Under the pieces are notes generated by a model. That model had not been told where the DNA came from, did no database searches, and worked only from the letters and a program-made list of their open reading frames with translations. This document shows positions 51,601-64,000 of a stretch of 64,000 nucleotides of DNA, piece after piece (positions within the stretch are counted from its first letter, which is position 1; each line of letters begins with the position of its first letter). The DNA lies in the NCBI RefSeq assembly GCF_018350175.1, contig NC_058368.1, positions 38,628,001 to 38,692,000 on the forward strand, written 5' to 3'. The DNA is from Felis catus (Eukaryota). The translations under genes were made by a program, and so were the position numbers.

Positions 51601-52874
51601 TCAGTTAAGGACTTCCTTTGTCTTGCTTTTAAGATTTTTTTGTTTATCATTGTGTTTTGCAAATTTAATTATAATATATCTTGGAGTTGGTCTTCTTTTA
51701 TAGATTTTGATAGGAGCTCTCTGTGCCTCCTGGATCTGGATATCTGTTTCCTTCCCCAGATTAGTAAAGTTTTCAGCTATTTTTACACATAAATTTTCTG
51801 CCTTTTTTTCTCTCGTTTCTCTGTGACTCCTATAATCTTAATGTAACATTTGATGGAGTCACTGAGTTCCTTAAGTCTGCTCTCGCATTCCAAAATTCTT
51901 CTCTTTTTGTTCAGTATCATTATTTTCCATTATTTTGTCCTCTGTATCATTAATTCATTCTTCTATTTCTCCTAACCTGCTTTTCATTACATCAAGCCTG
52001 TTTCCATTCTCAGTTTTTGCATTCTTTATCTCTGATAGATTCCTTTTAAACTCTTTTATCACTGTGGTAAGGGTCTCACTGATGTCATGTAGTCTTTTCT
52101 CAATCTCAGCGAGCATCCTTATGATTATTGCTTTAAATTCTCCGTCAAGCATGTCTTATATGTTTAGCTTAGATTCTGGCCATAGCCTCTTGTTCTTTCA
52201 TTTTGCTTAAATTCCTTTGTCTTGGCCTTTTGTCTAAGTCTCTGCTTTCTCTGTGTTAGAAAAGCCAGTTATGTCTCCTGCTCATCAAGGTAATGGCCTT
52301 ATGAAAAACACGTCATGCAGTGCCCAGGGCCTGGTGCTTCAGCAAGTGTCCCAGTGTGCGCTGCCTGCCCTCTGCTGTTGTGGTTTGGCTGCTCTGTCGT
52401 TCAGGCCAGTCATCTGCAGAGGTTCTCCTTGCTTGCTATGGACACTGCTACTGGCCTGAATGTGGTGAGTTTTACTGGTCTTCTTGTGAAATTAGATGTG
52501 TCGCCACCTCTACTCACCCACTTGCAGAACTCTCTGGATGGGCCATCGATGTGGTGTGGCGGGGGTTTGTGCTGGTCTTCTCTAGAAGGGGCCCACCCTT
52601 CTGGGACTGAGGCAAGGGTGGCTGAGGTGGGCAGTACTGCCAGAACACATGAGGGTGTGGCTTGGTGTAAGCAAGTTAGGCAGTCATTGCCTGTGCCGAG
52701 CTGCTTCCTGCATGTGGCTCTATGTTTCTGCTGAGGGGTAGGCAAATGCTGAGGGGTGGAAATGGTGAGGGCCAGCTCCTTTTTTCCTGGAAAAAAGCTG
52801 CTGAAAGCTACCTCTCAGGGACATGCTTCTAAAAGAGCAAATAATCTCCCCCACTGTGTGCCCCAGATAGTCTT

Positions 52875-53086
52875 AAAAATTTTTTTTAAATCTTTTTTTA
52901 TTTTTGAGAGAGACACAGAGTGTGAGTGGGGGAGGAGCAGAGAGAGAGGGAGACACAGACTCAGAAGCAGGCCCCAGGCTCTGAGCTGTCAGCACAGAGC
53001 CTGACGCGGGGTTCAAACTCAGGATCGTGAGATCATGACCTGAGTGGAGGTCGGACGCCCAACCGACTGAACTACCCAGGCGCCCC
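52875..53086 (-). mobile_element. Can-SINE inserted in the L1 5' UTR
   Basis: TSD ccccagata(g/t)tctt at 52861-52874 and 53089-53102. Confidence 0.95.
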
Positions 53087-54399
53087 AACCCCAGATATTC
53101 TTTAGATCGCTCTTTCTAATCTGTCTGCTTCCTTGCCTCCTGCACACATAACCCCCTTGCATTGTTTGGATGCCTTCTCTCCAGGAGCAGCTCAGTGCCT
53201 TCCTGGCTCCATCCCAATCAAGCTAGCTGACCTTTAAAACTCCAGGCTCTAAGCCGGGCTAGTTAAAAGAACTCACTAAGCCCCTCCCTCTCATTTTCAA
53301 GCCAATGACTGAGGAGATGTTCTCCTGCATTCTTGTTTGTCCTTCTCTTTCTTGGCCTGCTCCTTGACCACAGTGCCCTCCCCCACATCATCTGCTATCT
53401 GTTGCTTCCCTAAACCATGTCTCCATACTTTCTGCCTCCAGTGTGGCCTCTTTCCTCCCTTTTGTTGTGGAGTTTTTTCTGTCAGTCTTCAAGTTGACTT
53501 CTGGGGTATTTAGGATGATTTGATAGTTATCTAGTTGTGTTTGTGGGCCAAGAATAGCCTAGGGTCCTCCTACTCTGCCACCATCTTCTTCTCTCCAGAT
53601 GAATGTAAAACTTGAACAAGACGTAAGGCTGTAGTTTCTGAGAAAGAGAAACCTTGTGTCTTTGATCCAGAAAATAAACATCATGTGCTTGCTATTTTCA
53701 GAAATTTCCTGGAGACCCTATATAGCAAAACCCCCACCTCCTTCATGCTTTATATCATGCTTTTGCTCTCAACTTATTTCAGTGGTTATTCTTCCCAAAT
53801 ATAATTCTTAACTAAAATTTCAGCCATTCTAAGCATGCCCTAATAATCATCTACATTTGATTATTCTAAGTCAGCCATCTTACTCTCTACTTTTTGCAGT
53901 TATTTCTAATAGTAACTTTATTATTTTGTTCCGACTCATCTATAATATATTCCCATTCCTCTAATTAAGGATGGGTTTTACTTTTATTCAAAATTAATGT
54001 AATTTTACATAGTTGGACAGATACCTATACTATTAATAGGCACTAAGTATATAGTTCCTTTAATAGCCATATGGGAAATTTATACAGGCCTTTTGTTTAT
54101 AACTATAAATAAATAAAATGATGTGTAATAGCCCTGGCTCCAAAGAGGTGGAATTTAATCAAACTCCATTATCCTATTAGCATTGGTAATGTTTGAGGAA
54201 GCTGTGTGAACCTCATTAAATTCTCAAAGCTCTTGTGGTTTCCTGGATCAGAGATGATAATCAAACTGATGGAAATAGTCCAATCATGGTAGCAAATTCC
54301 TTTATATTATATAAATTTTTAACAACAAAAACATAATGCATTTTATAATTAAGTTAAATAAATGCAAGGGGTGTATCTTTTTTAAATGTACAGAACTAT

Positions 54400-54790
54400 C
54401 TAATTGTCCTTTTTTTGTCCTTGCCTTGTTAAACTCTATTCCCAACACATCAAGCAGACTGATCCTTTCTAAATGCGAGTAAATCTCATTATTCATTTGC
54501 TCAAGTCTCTTTAGTACACTTCCATCTCTCTTAGATTAACAATCTAAATCTCAGTAGACTATGAAATCTTACATGATCTTTCTCACACTCTTAGGTGTGC
54601 TCTCTTTATTACTATTCCTTTAACATGACAGACACAGTCCTACCTCAAGGTAGGTCTTCAAGTTCACTATTCTTGAATGATATTTTCCTTTTCTGAATGT
54701 TCTTTCTCCAGATAGTTCCATCACTTCTATCTTGAATCCCTTATCTTTGTCCCAGTTTTTAGTGCTTTACATATGTATGTGGCCCTGGAT
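54400..54790 (+). mobile_element. LINE-2 fragment
   Basis: cagactgatcctttctaaatgc...ctcaagg...gaatgttctttctccagata L2-like phrases. Confidence 0.6.
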
Positions 54791-56187
54791 TAAGAGATGC
54801 AATCATTGGGATTTGCTCTAAAAGAGATTTTTATTTATTTTGCTTTTCCATGGACAGAGCTATTACAACATTCTTCTCTCCTAGGCTGTGAAACAGCAAA
54901 CACCCCTCTAATGAGTATCTTCAAGGAATTTCCTGGAATCAGTGCCTCTAAAATAAAGAGTAGGTATGGGGGGAAATCTGGGAAATATATTTCTGGAAAA
55001 ATATAAGTGTATGTATATATATATATGTATACATACACACACACACACAATTATTGGAAACTCTAGAAAAATAAGTTAAAATATCTGCCAGAAAACAGAA
55101 GAAAAGATACACAATTAAGAAACATGATAGCAAAAACAGAGATTTTTCAGCAGTTCCAACATCTAATTTATACATTGTTTCTTAACTTATAAAATAGAGA
55201 AAATAGAGTGAAGAAAATATCTGCAAAACAGTAGTGGAAATATTTGAGAAAAAATTATAGAACTCTTCAGACTAAGGACCAATACACAAACATATATACC
55301 TAAGTGCATATTTCATCAAGTTTTAGTAAATCTGGGGAATACTAAAAAATAAAAGCTGCTAGAGAGATAAATAGAATGAAGAAAGACAAAGCAGGTTATC
55401 TACTGATAAAATGGCAGCCAACATCTCAAGAACTACACATTAGATACCAGAAGGCAGGGTAGCAATGCTTTTATGTTTCTATGAGATAGTTGTTGTTGTT
55501 GTTGTTGTTGTTGTTTTAACTCAGAATTGTATAATTCACCAAGCTACCAATTGAGTAAGATGGCATAAAAACATTTTTCAGAAATTCAAGGTCCTTGCAC
55601 ATATTTACTCCTTAGAAATTTTGGTGTATGTATTCTAAAGAATGAATCAGTACTGAGTGCCTGTGATCCATGGCTGAAGTCAAAGCCAGTCCCAGTACGA
55701 GATATTTACAGCAGTGATGGAGAGCAAACAGTTTTGATTGAAGTCAGAAAGCAGGAGCCTATTTAAGGAAGGTGGTTGCAAGAATCAGACTTAATAAAGT
55801 ACTAAATGTGAGTTTAAATATTTCTAAGTGTTCAAATGAGGGAAGAAAATGGATAAATAATGCAAAGAAAACAAAAGGCAACAAATAAGGCTATTAAGAT
55901 TAAATTAATTTTGAAAAGGAAGAAGAGCATAATGCAATTATAACACAGTAATTTTCTCAAGGGTGTAATCATATAAAGGTAATTTTAACTAAAATATGAC
56001 CAGAACAATATTGAAAAAATGCAGAAGAGGCCTGGTAGGTGAGGAAGGGGGTAAGGGAAACTACATATTCATCCCTCACAGTAGAAAGTCAATAATAGGG
56101 TCTAAAATGAATATTAAATAATACTATGCATATATTTAAAAAACATACATAATAGCTGGAAAATATTTAATAGTGAGAAAGAATCTA

Positions 56188-56296
56188 GGAGCTCCTGAGT
56201 GGCTCAAGTGGTTTAGTATCAAATTTCGGATCAGGTCATGGTCTCACATTTCATGAGTTCGAGCCCCGTGTCAGGCTCTGTGCTGACTGCTCAGAG
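56188..56296 (+). mobile_element. Can-SINE 5' half only (3' part lost)
   Basis: Head through ggctctgtgctgactgctcagag, then an abrupt switch to non-SINE sequence. Confidence 0.85.
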
Positions 56297-57525
56297 GTTA
56301 TTTTACTGTAACATCCATCATCTCCCACTGGAACATGAATCTTTTTTACGTTGTTCAATAGTGTATTGATGATTCCTAAAACATTGACTGGCATACAGTC
56401 TGAGCAAAATAAGCTTTTTGCATTTCATTCAATTATTATCCTGAAGAGAGTCTTATCTAAAAATAGAAATCAAGGTTATCAAGAAACGGCAGCTGATTTC
56501 AGGGCAAGTCTGAGGTAGAGAAGAAAGCTGTTGATGTTTATTTCTTGGGCGGTTAGAGATTAGACTCTAGACATAAATGAATTATGCTAAGATATGGAGT
56601 AAGTAGTATTTGTTGGAAAACTGTGAGGCCTAGGTTATGGATGCAAAAAATGGTCATATTTTATATTTTGTATCCACTTTTAATTTTTTACATATATATG
56701 GACTTTGTTTCTTGTAAAATCTGCTGCGTGGAGAATTGTTATATATTATATTCCCTTCTTAACCCTCTGTGGTAAGAGATGTGTCTGCCTGTGACACATG
56801 GCCATAGCAAGTTAGCCCAGAGTGAGCTATGCCACTGCTTGAAATGAAGCAAGATTCAAGATGGAAAATGGTGAACTTCAAAAGAGGAGAGAAGTGATCT
56901 CAGAACATGGTGAGATAAGGTGACAAGCAGGATAGGGTTCTGGAATGTGTTAACCTTCTTTGTATACATAAGGTTAAATTTGGCAGTAATCTCTTTCTCA
57001 GCCTGGAGTCTTGGCCCCACAGTGTGATCCTTATTGGAGTGTCAGTACCACCTCACCTTGAAACATTGGTTTCCAGGATCACATCTGTTGCCTCTGAAAG
57101 TACTCTTCTTAAGCTTTACACATTTTTGTGGTCAAACGTATACCTCATGTTTACAGAGTCCCATATATTGTTTGCTCATCTGTCTTCTATTCTTATTTGT
57201 TTCATGTAAGATATGAATCCATTACTACGTTTCGTCATTCTACTTACTATCATAAAATCCCTTATGTGAAACTTGATTGAAAATGCTTTGCCAAGTCTGT
57301 GGACAGAAAATTCACCAAAACGCCATAACTGTCTTCAAAAAATTTGGAAGTAAAATAAATGCAGAAGTAACTACCATTGTGGTTTTTCTAGCTTTGTGAC
57401 ATGGTAGATCAATAAACACCTCTGACTCTATTAATTCTGTTTAAAGTTGAATATTTTGTGACTATAATGCATTCCTTAATTAGTTCAGCTTAACATGGAA
57501 TTTGCTTATTCAAAGAAATAAAACT

Positions 57526-57747
57526 GGGTGCCTGGGTGGCTCAGTTGGCTAAGTGTCCGACTCTTGATTTAGGCTCATGTTATGATCTCCTGGTTATGTG
57601 ATCGAGCCCCCACATTGGTCTCTACATGGCATGGAACCTGCCTAAGATACTCTTTCTCCCTCTGCCCCTCTCCTGCTTGTGGCACGTGCGCGCATGCGCG
57701 TGCTCTCTCTCTCTCTCTCTCAAAAATTAAAAATAAATTAAAAAAAT
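57526..57747 (+). mobile_element. Can-SINE
   Basis: gggtgcctgggtggctcag head, (CT)n tract, A-rich tail. Confidence 0.93.
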
Positions 57748-58425
57748 AGAAATGAAAGATACTTATAAACTTAATAGATATTTGTATGTTTACTTAAGGA
57801 AAAGAGACAAATGGAAAAATTCTAGAAATAACATTTTTTTCTGCTACAAAGCACAAATAATAACAATCATAGGACATCCAGAAAAAAAAAATTCTTAAGT
57901 TTTGAAATTGAATAGACTAAGGCATGTGTTTTGGAATCTCTGTAGTCCCATGAGAGAAACCATACTAGCAATTCCTTCATTTTAAATCTTGACTACACAG
58001 TTGCCAAAATTAGTCATATAACTAGACTAATTAGTCCTAAAGATGGAAGAGAGGTATCTTTCCAGACTGTGGAAAAGGGAAGTGGGGTAAACGATGGAGC
58101 AGACACAAAGTGAATCTTAAGGAGTGTCAATCTAGGGAAAAATTAACAAGCAAACACAGGAACGAAAAGTGAAAGACTTGTATGTATTTATTTATTTTCA
58201 ACTGTGGAACCCTTGGGAGAAGAGAGACAAAATATTTCTTAATAATTAATTGCCAACTAAGAATGTTGGAATGCCACGTTTTAAGTACTATGTAAATATG
58301 GCATGAACAAAATCTGAATGCACCAAACACTACATGATTAGGTAGCTTTTCCCATAATTCAGAATTGTTCACACATTTAGGTTTTTACATGGTGTTGTCT
58401 TTGATTTTCTTGTATTATTTGTTAT

Positions 58426-58668
58426 AATTCTGTAAAATGTTATTTTTATTAAACCTATCAGTGTCTTCTGTATCTTCCATTATATATTTAATTATGTATG
58501 TATATAAATTCTGTAAAATGTTATTTTTATTAAACCTATCAGTGTCTTCTGTATCTTCCATTATATATTTAATTATGTATGTATATAAATTCTGTAAAAT
58601 GTTATTTTTATTAAACCTATCAGTGTCTTCTGTATCTTCCATTATATATTTAATTATGTATGTATATA
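58426..58668. repeat. Perfect tandem triplication of an 81-bp unit
   Basis: Units start at 58426, 58507 and 58588 and are identical by eye. Confidence 0.97.
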
Positions 58669-58869
58669 AATTTATGTATCTGTATATTTGTACATGTACA
58701 TATGCAAATAAATAATTATAATCACTAGATGCAGCCATGGCTAAATATATAGTTGAAATCATAAGCCCTACATTTAAATAGCTGTCAGTGAGAAACTCTT
58801 AGAAAATAAGTTATTGATACTGCAAAATAAATTCACATAAATTAAATATTTGGGTCAGCAGGCATTTAT

Positions 58870-59800
58870 TTATTTTACAGATTTCCTCCAAAATCTGAGA
58901 TATATTTGACATACTACATTGTGTATTTTTAAAGTATACAGCATGATTTGATATGCATTTGATATCCAAAACAATTACTGTAAGGTTAGTTAACATTCAT
59001 CACTGCACTAGAGTTACTATTCTTTGTGTGTGTAGTGAGAACTTTGAAGATGTATTCCCTTCACAACTTTCAAGTATACAGTGCAGTATGGTTAATTATA
59101 GTCGACTGAGTGAACTAATTATAGTCAAAATGTACAGTAAGTCTCTAGAACTTACCTTATATGGAAGTTGGTTTTCTTTGACCATCATCGCCCATTTTTC
59201 CCATCCTCCATCCTCCAACACCTGGCAACCACCAATCTACTTTCATTGTATAGGAGTTTGGCTTTTTTAGATTCCACAAGTAGTTGTTAGATCATATAGT
59301 ATTAGTCTTTCTCGATCTGATTTATTTCAGTTAGCATGATGCCCTGCAGATTCATCCATGTTTTTGCAAATGGCAGGATTTTCTTCTTTCTCATGGCTGA
59401 ATAATATTCAGTTGTATGTATCTATGTCTATATCTATCTATATATAATATTTTCTTTATATGTTCATCCACCTTTTTGAATTTGTGTTTTAATTGCTGCA
59501 TGTTTTTTTTTTTTTTTTAATGTCCTGGCTGTTAAGAATAATATTGTGGTGAACATGAGGGTTTAGCTATCTCTTTCAGATCCTGATTTCATTTACTTTG
59601 GATATATACCCAGAGTGGAATTACTGGATGATATGGTAGTTCTATTTGTAATATTTTGAGGAACCTTTATAGTATTTTCCATACTGGCTGTAACAACTTA
59701 CATTCCCACCAACAGTGCATGAGGGTTTTGTTTTCTCTTCATCCTCAACCAGCACCTGTTATCTCTTTTTAAAATAATAGTCATTCTAATAGTTGTACAC
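58870..59800 (-). mobile_element. Old LINE-1 3' end (L1MA-like)
   Basis: cctggcaaccacca, ttttagattccaca, gaggaacct and cattcccaccaacagtg antisense L1 3' signatures. Confidence 0.85.
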
Positions 59801-59986
59801 AATTTTATGATTAATGTCTTACTCATAAATTGTGTTTTTATTAGTAGACCTTTTTGTTCTGAATGATAATTAGCTGACGTAATATGTCATATTAGCTGAC
59901 ATAATATAATATCTTGGGTATTTTTAAACATTACCTGCTCATCTCTTTGTTTCCAAGTTCTCCTTTCCCTTTAAAGTACTTCTTTA

Positions 59987-60200
59987 GGAGCACCTGGGTG
60001 GCTCAGTTGGTTAAGTGTCCCACTTTGGCTCAGGTCATGATCTTGCAGTTCATGAGTTCGAGTCCCATGTCAGTCTCTGCACTGACAGTATAGAGTCTGA
60101 AACCTGTCAGATTCTGTGTGTTCCTCTCTCTCTCCCCCATCCCCTTGTGCTTTCTCTCTCTCTCTCTCAAAAATAAGTAAACATTAAAAAAAAAACTTAA
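59987..60200 (+). mobile_element. Can-SINE
   Basis: TSD aaa(g/a)tacttcttta at 59973-59986 and 60201-60214. Confidence 0.94.
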
Positions 60201-60659
60201 AAAATACTTCTTTAAACAAAATAATGGGGTTGTTAATTATAAGTAATCTCTTATGTAAGGAAGTCTATGCCATTTACATTGAGGGTGATAACTGATACAC
60301 TACATTATATTCCATCTGTTTTGGTTCATGTTAGCTACCGTAAATATTGTACACTGATGCTTCTTTTTAAGGGAGCTACAGATAGCTCTAAGAGGCATTT
60401 TAGATTTCTCATAGCCATTCAAAAATTTAATTGTTTCTAAAGTCAATCTGAAAAAAACCAAACTCATGCTTCATCATTCCCTTAGTGGCTATCAGTGGCT
60501 TTCTAATCCATTCTATCTCTTTGTATTTTATAATTTCTGCAGGTGTTTCTAAAATTAGTCATCAATATGAAATCTTTTATTTTTCTCTGTGTCTTCTCTC
60601 TTGCTTATTACCTCATTTGTCTTTTGTTTTTTTACCCAGAAGACATCTCTTTATTATCC

Positions 60660-60945
60660 TTTTTTATTTTTTATTTTTAATTTACATCCAAGTTAGTTAG
60701 CATATAGTACAACAGTGATTTCAGGGGTAGGTTCCTTAATGCCCCTACCCATTTAGCCTGTCCCCCCTCCCACACCCCTCCAGTAACCCTCTGTTTGTTC
60801 TCCATATTTAAGAGTCTCTAATGTTTTGTCCCCCTCCCTGTTTTTATACTATTTTTGCTTCTCTTCCCTTGTGTTCATCTGTTCTATGTCTTAAAGTCCT
60901 CATATGAGTGAGGTCATAGGATATTTGTCTTTCTCTGACTAATTC
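60660..60945 (-). mobile_element. Short carnivore/felid L1 3' UTR insertion
   Basis: T-rich tail then sequence similar to the L1 3' end at 48161-48450. Confidence 0.88.
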
Positions 60946-62258
60946 ATACCATTTTACTCTTTTACTGTGGTTACTGGTCATAGTTTTGAAAAAGCACATG
61001 GACTTGAATACTTTTGAATTTCACAACAACTTCTTATTCTGGGTCCTCAGAATTAAGATTTCCCCCCCTTGATTTGCATTAGATTTTGGGAGTCAAAAAA
61101 ATTTTTTTTGCCTGTTTACCCACAAACAAGAATTTTAAAAATTAAATAAGACAAGTATTTGCCCTCACATGGAATGCTAGCTATCATTGATCCTGTACTT
61201 TTTTATTTGAATTATTTTTTAATCTCCCTCTTAGCTTCACTTCAGAAGGACAAAAATGTTATATATAACTTCTAGAACAATCATCAGTGTTTAGCAAATT
61301 TGTATTTAATCTGGTACTGTTAAACTAAGCACTCAATATTCATCAGCTCCTGGCCAAATAATGTTCAGATGTGTGTGAATAATTTTTAGGCCATGCTGCC
61401 TAGTTTTCTGATGGTAAAAGACACAAGTCTCTAAACTGAGGAGAGAATATCATGAGAGGATATATGCTCGTTCTGCCAAGATTCAGATAGCACAGTTGGG
61501 ATATTGTGTTTCCCAGTCAGTCAGAAATCCCTTATAACTTTTAGAAATAAGCTAATCTTCAGTCCAAGTTTTTTGACTTTTGAAACTCTTATCAGACCAT
61601 TTACCTCCCTGACAATTAGATCTCTTATAGAAGTTCAGAAAAAAATATGGATCCATAAGCACAGTTGATTTGAAAGACTATTTTGTTATGAAGACTAAAT
61701 GCAGATTAATGTTAAATCTGGATGTCCTTAACAGTCAGAGTTTATCAGTCTAGCACATGTTTGTCAAATAGTTTTTCAAAATAATATTTATCAAAATTGT
61801 TTTAAGTTGTAATAATTTTTTGTTTACTAATAACTAACTGTCAAGAATGAGACTTCTTAAAATTAATTCGAGCTTTGCAGAGTCACTAGCTCTAATCTGA
61901 AAGATTGAAAAGGGAATATGGAAGTGACATTGCTTTTCAACAGATAGGCTTTGCTGTTTCCATAATCTTACAAAACCAAAAACAAAACAATGACAAAAAA
62001 GCAAGAAAGAAGCATATAATTAATGGTCTTTATTTAATTAGAGCTCTTTGGATTATAAATTAAATACAAACATGACTTAAAAGAGGTGTTTTATAGATTC
62101 CAAGAGTAAGAAGATAGCTAGGATTCTTGTTTTTCCCTTGTTCTGATTTTGTTCTTCTTTCTGTGTTTCTTTATATCTCTTTGTGAGAAGTGAGATGATT
62201 CATTTTTAAAAATACCAAATAAAAGCTGTGCTGTCTAGTTAGCAATAGTTTTACAACC

Positions 62259-62697
62259 TATTAGAAATATGTGTGAACTGCCCTCCCCCACCCCCACCCC
62301 AATGGAGTCCCTAACCCTTAGACACTTCACTTCCTGGTTCTTCTTCCCCTCTTCATTTCGCGGGCTTATTTTTCACTGGCTTTGCAATGAGCATGTGCCA
62401 AAGAGCTGAGGTCTCTGCATCACCTCAAGGAATGAACCTTTGTTCCTATCAGGCTACTTTTTGCCTTACCTGGGCATAGGCGACTCCAGGTAAGGCTGTA
62501 ACCTCTGTAGTACTCAGCCAATGAGGAATTAGGGGAGGGACTTGCACAATAGGAGATAAATTGTCTGCTGTAACTGCCCCAAGTGTGCCTGTGCATTAGA
62601 CACCCACTCTTGCAAGAACGTTGATTAAAGCTCTGCTTCACTGTGCTCCATGTCTCTATGTCCTCCTTTGATTGGGTCAGTAGGTTTATTTGTCACA
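62259..62697 (+). mobile_element. Probable solo ERV1-type LTR
   Basis: CCAAT box (agccaatg near 62516), TATA-like gataaa near 62555, ATTAAA near 62624, ends ..gtcaca; start uncertain and no clear TSD. Confidence 0.65.
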
Positions 62698-64000
62698 CTG
62701 TTTATCTCTTTTATTCTCCCAAGATAGAATATTGCTACTCCATGACTCTTAAGATTACACAGGTGACAGAATAAGATGTTAACCTGTGGCTTTTCTGTAG
62801 CCCTGTTTTGGACAAGGCCCAGTGCTGAGAACAGGAGTCAATTCCATTTACCTGTGGCTTCAAATGTGAGAAACTCATCTGTCACTGCAGATATGCTAAT
62901 TCTGTAAACTCCTTTTGCTAACAAGAGCCATCACTTACTTCTGGACTATTTAGGATTCATCAAGAGAAAGACTTTATTGGGAGGGAAGATTCATTTTTAG
63001 GTACAAGAGATAAAAGAATGAAAATATTTGGAAGATGTTTACCACCACAGGAGAGAGGAAGGAGTCTTCAAATACCTTTCAGAGAGCTTGATATGTATGT
63101 CTCCCAAGAATTAAGTCAACATGAAAACTGATAAGTAACTCATCCCTGAAAAGTCTAAATAAAGATAATGTAGCCAGAGGGATCATATTTCAGAGCAGAA
63201 GTTGGGGCGGGGGAGTATAAGACTGGAAATGGCTTATATTTTTAGAATGTGGTCAGACCAGGTTGCTTTTATTTCTCTTGTCCTGGTGTACCCAGATAGA
63301 AAATGGTGGATAACGAGGATGTGATATCCCATTCTAAAAAGACTGCCATGAAGGGTAAGGGGACCCCAGCCAGGTGAATAGAATGTCAAAGGAGTAAACA
63401 GCTCATCAAAAAATCCAAGAAAACTTTCCATAAGAGATTCCATTAATTAGGCTCTCCAAATAATGAGGGTCATCCAAGTAACCCATAAAAGTATCCCACT
63501 AGAGAGAGAGCCAATCAGAGGGTATGAATGTTTGATAACCACTGCACTAATCAATAAGACCTTTCCTTATCCTCATTTCATGTGCCTCATCCTGTTCTAA
63601 TTGAGAAGATTCCCCTATTCCCTTGTATATATATCAAATTTTTCAGTTGAGGAAGAGTTAGAAAAAGAGAAGAAACCTACCACAAATCACTGTGCTGAAA
63701 GTGGGACCAATCCAGGAGAGGGAGAGAGTTTTAATTAGTTGATATTTAGGTGTGAAAAAACATAGCCACTGGACCCATATGTTTTAGTTAGGTACCAGAA
63801 AAGGGATGATGGCTTAAATATATTAACACTCTTCCTTTAATTAATAGCTTTATCTTACTGTGCCAAATTTACAACAATAGAAGCTCAAAAACAACATAGT
63901 TCTAATGGCATTTATAATAAAAAATAATGTTGGTTTTGAATACTGCAATTTTACTGACTTGATTATTTTTAACAGAGATTTTCTACATATCAGTTCATGT

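Larger units (their letters stand above)
48161..53596 (-). mobile_element. Near-full-length older carnivore LINE-1 with the RT core deleted
   Basis: 5' end gaagatggtggcagagtaggaggac, ORF1 remnant (51955-52152), EN and C-terminal ORF2 remnants, 3' UTR; degenerate TSD agatgaa(t)gtaaaa near 48147 and 53597. Confidence 0.93.

Noticed and set aside
58415..58762. Repeat-protein ORFs or a CRISPR-like array
   Set aside because: Head-to-tail identical units without spacers in eukaryotic DNA; ORFs are a by-product of the 81-bp period.
63125..63780. Possible further old LTR or promoter (GC box, CCAAT); similar doubt for 56766-57085 and 46950-47270
   Set aside because: No termini, TSD or family match I can support.

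Overview
Mammalian, repeat-dominated, AT-rich DNA from a felid: the SINEs match the cat-lineage Can-SINE (SINEC_Fc) type and the LINE-1s are carnivore-type. I recognise no host protein-coding exon, RNA gene or CRISPR array, so the window looks intergenic or deep intronic. The long ORFs are LINE-1 ORF1/ORF2 remnants; the other ORF-track entries are SINE, microsatellite or chance ORFs. The main element is a young, full-length but inactivated L1 (32988-38892, +) with a 17-bp target-site duplication (TSD) and a short 3' transduction. It sits inside an ancient, apparently twin-primed (5'-inverted) L1. The window also holds an older near-full-length L1 on the minus strand that has lost its RT core (48161-53596), several truncated L1s, about 20 Can-SINEs, ERV1/ERVL/MaLR LTRs, L2, MIR and MER58 fossils, microsatellites and a perfect 3x81-bp tandem repeat. 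I found no credible new biological system. The most interesting signals are retrotransposition footprints and a well-defined 41-nt minus-strand exon candidate in unique sequence. Repeat family names come from recalled consensus similarity, not from a database search.
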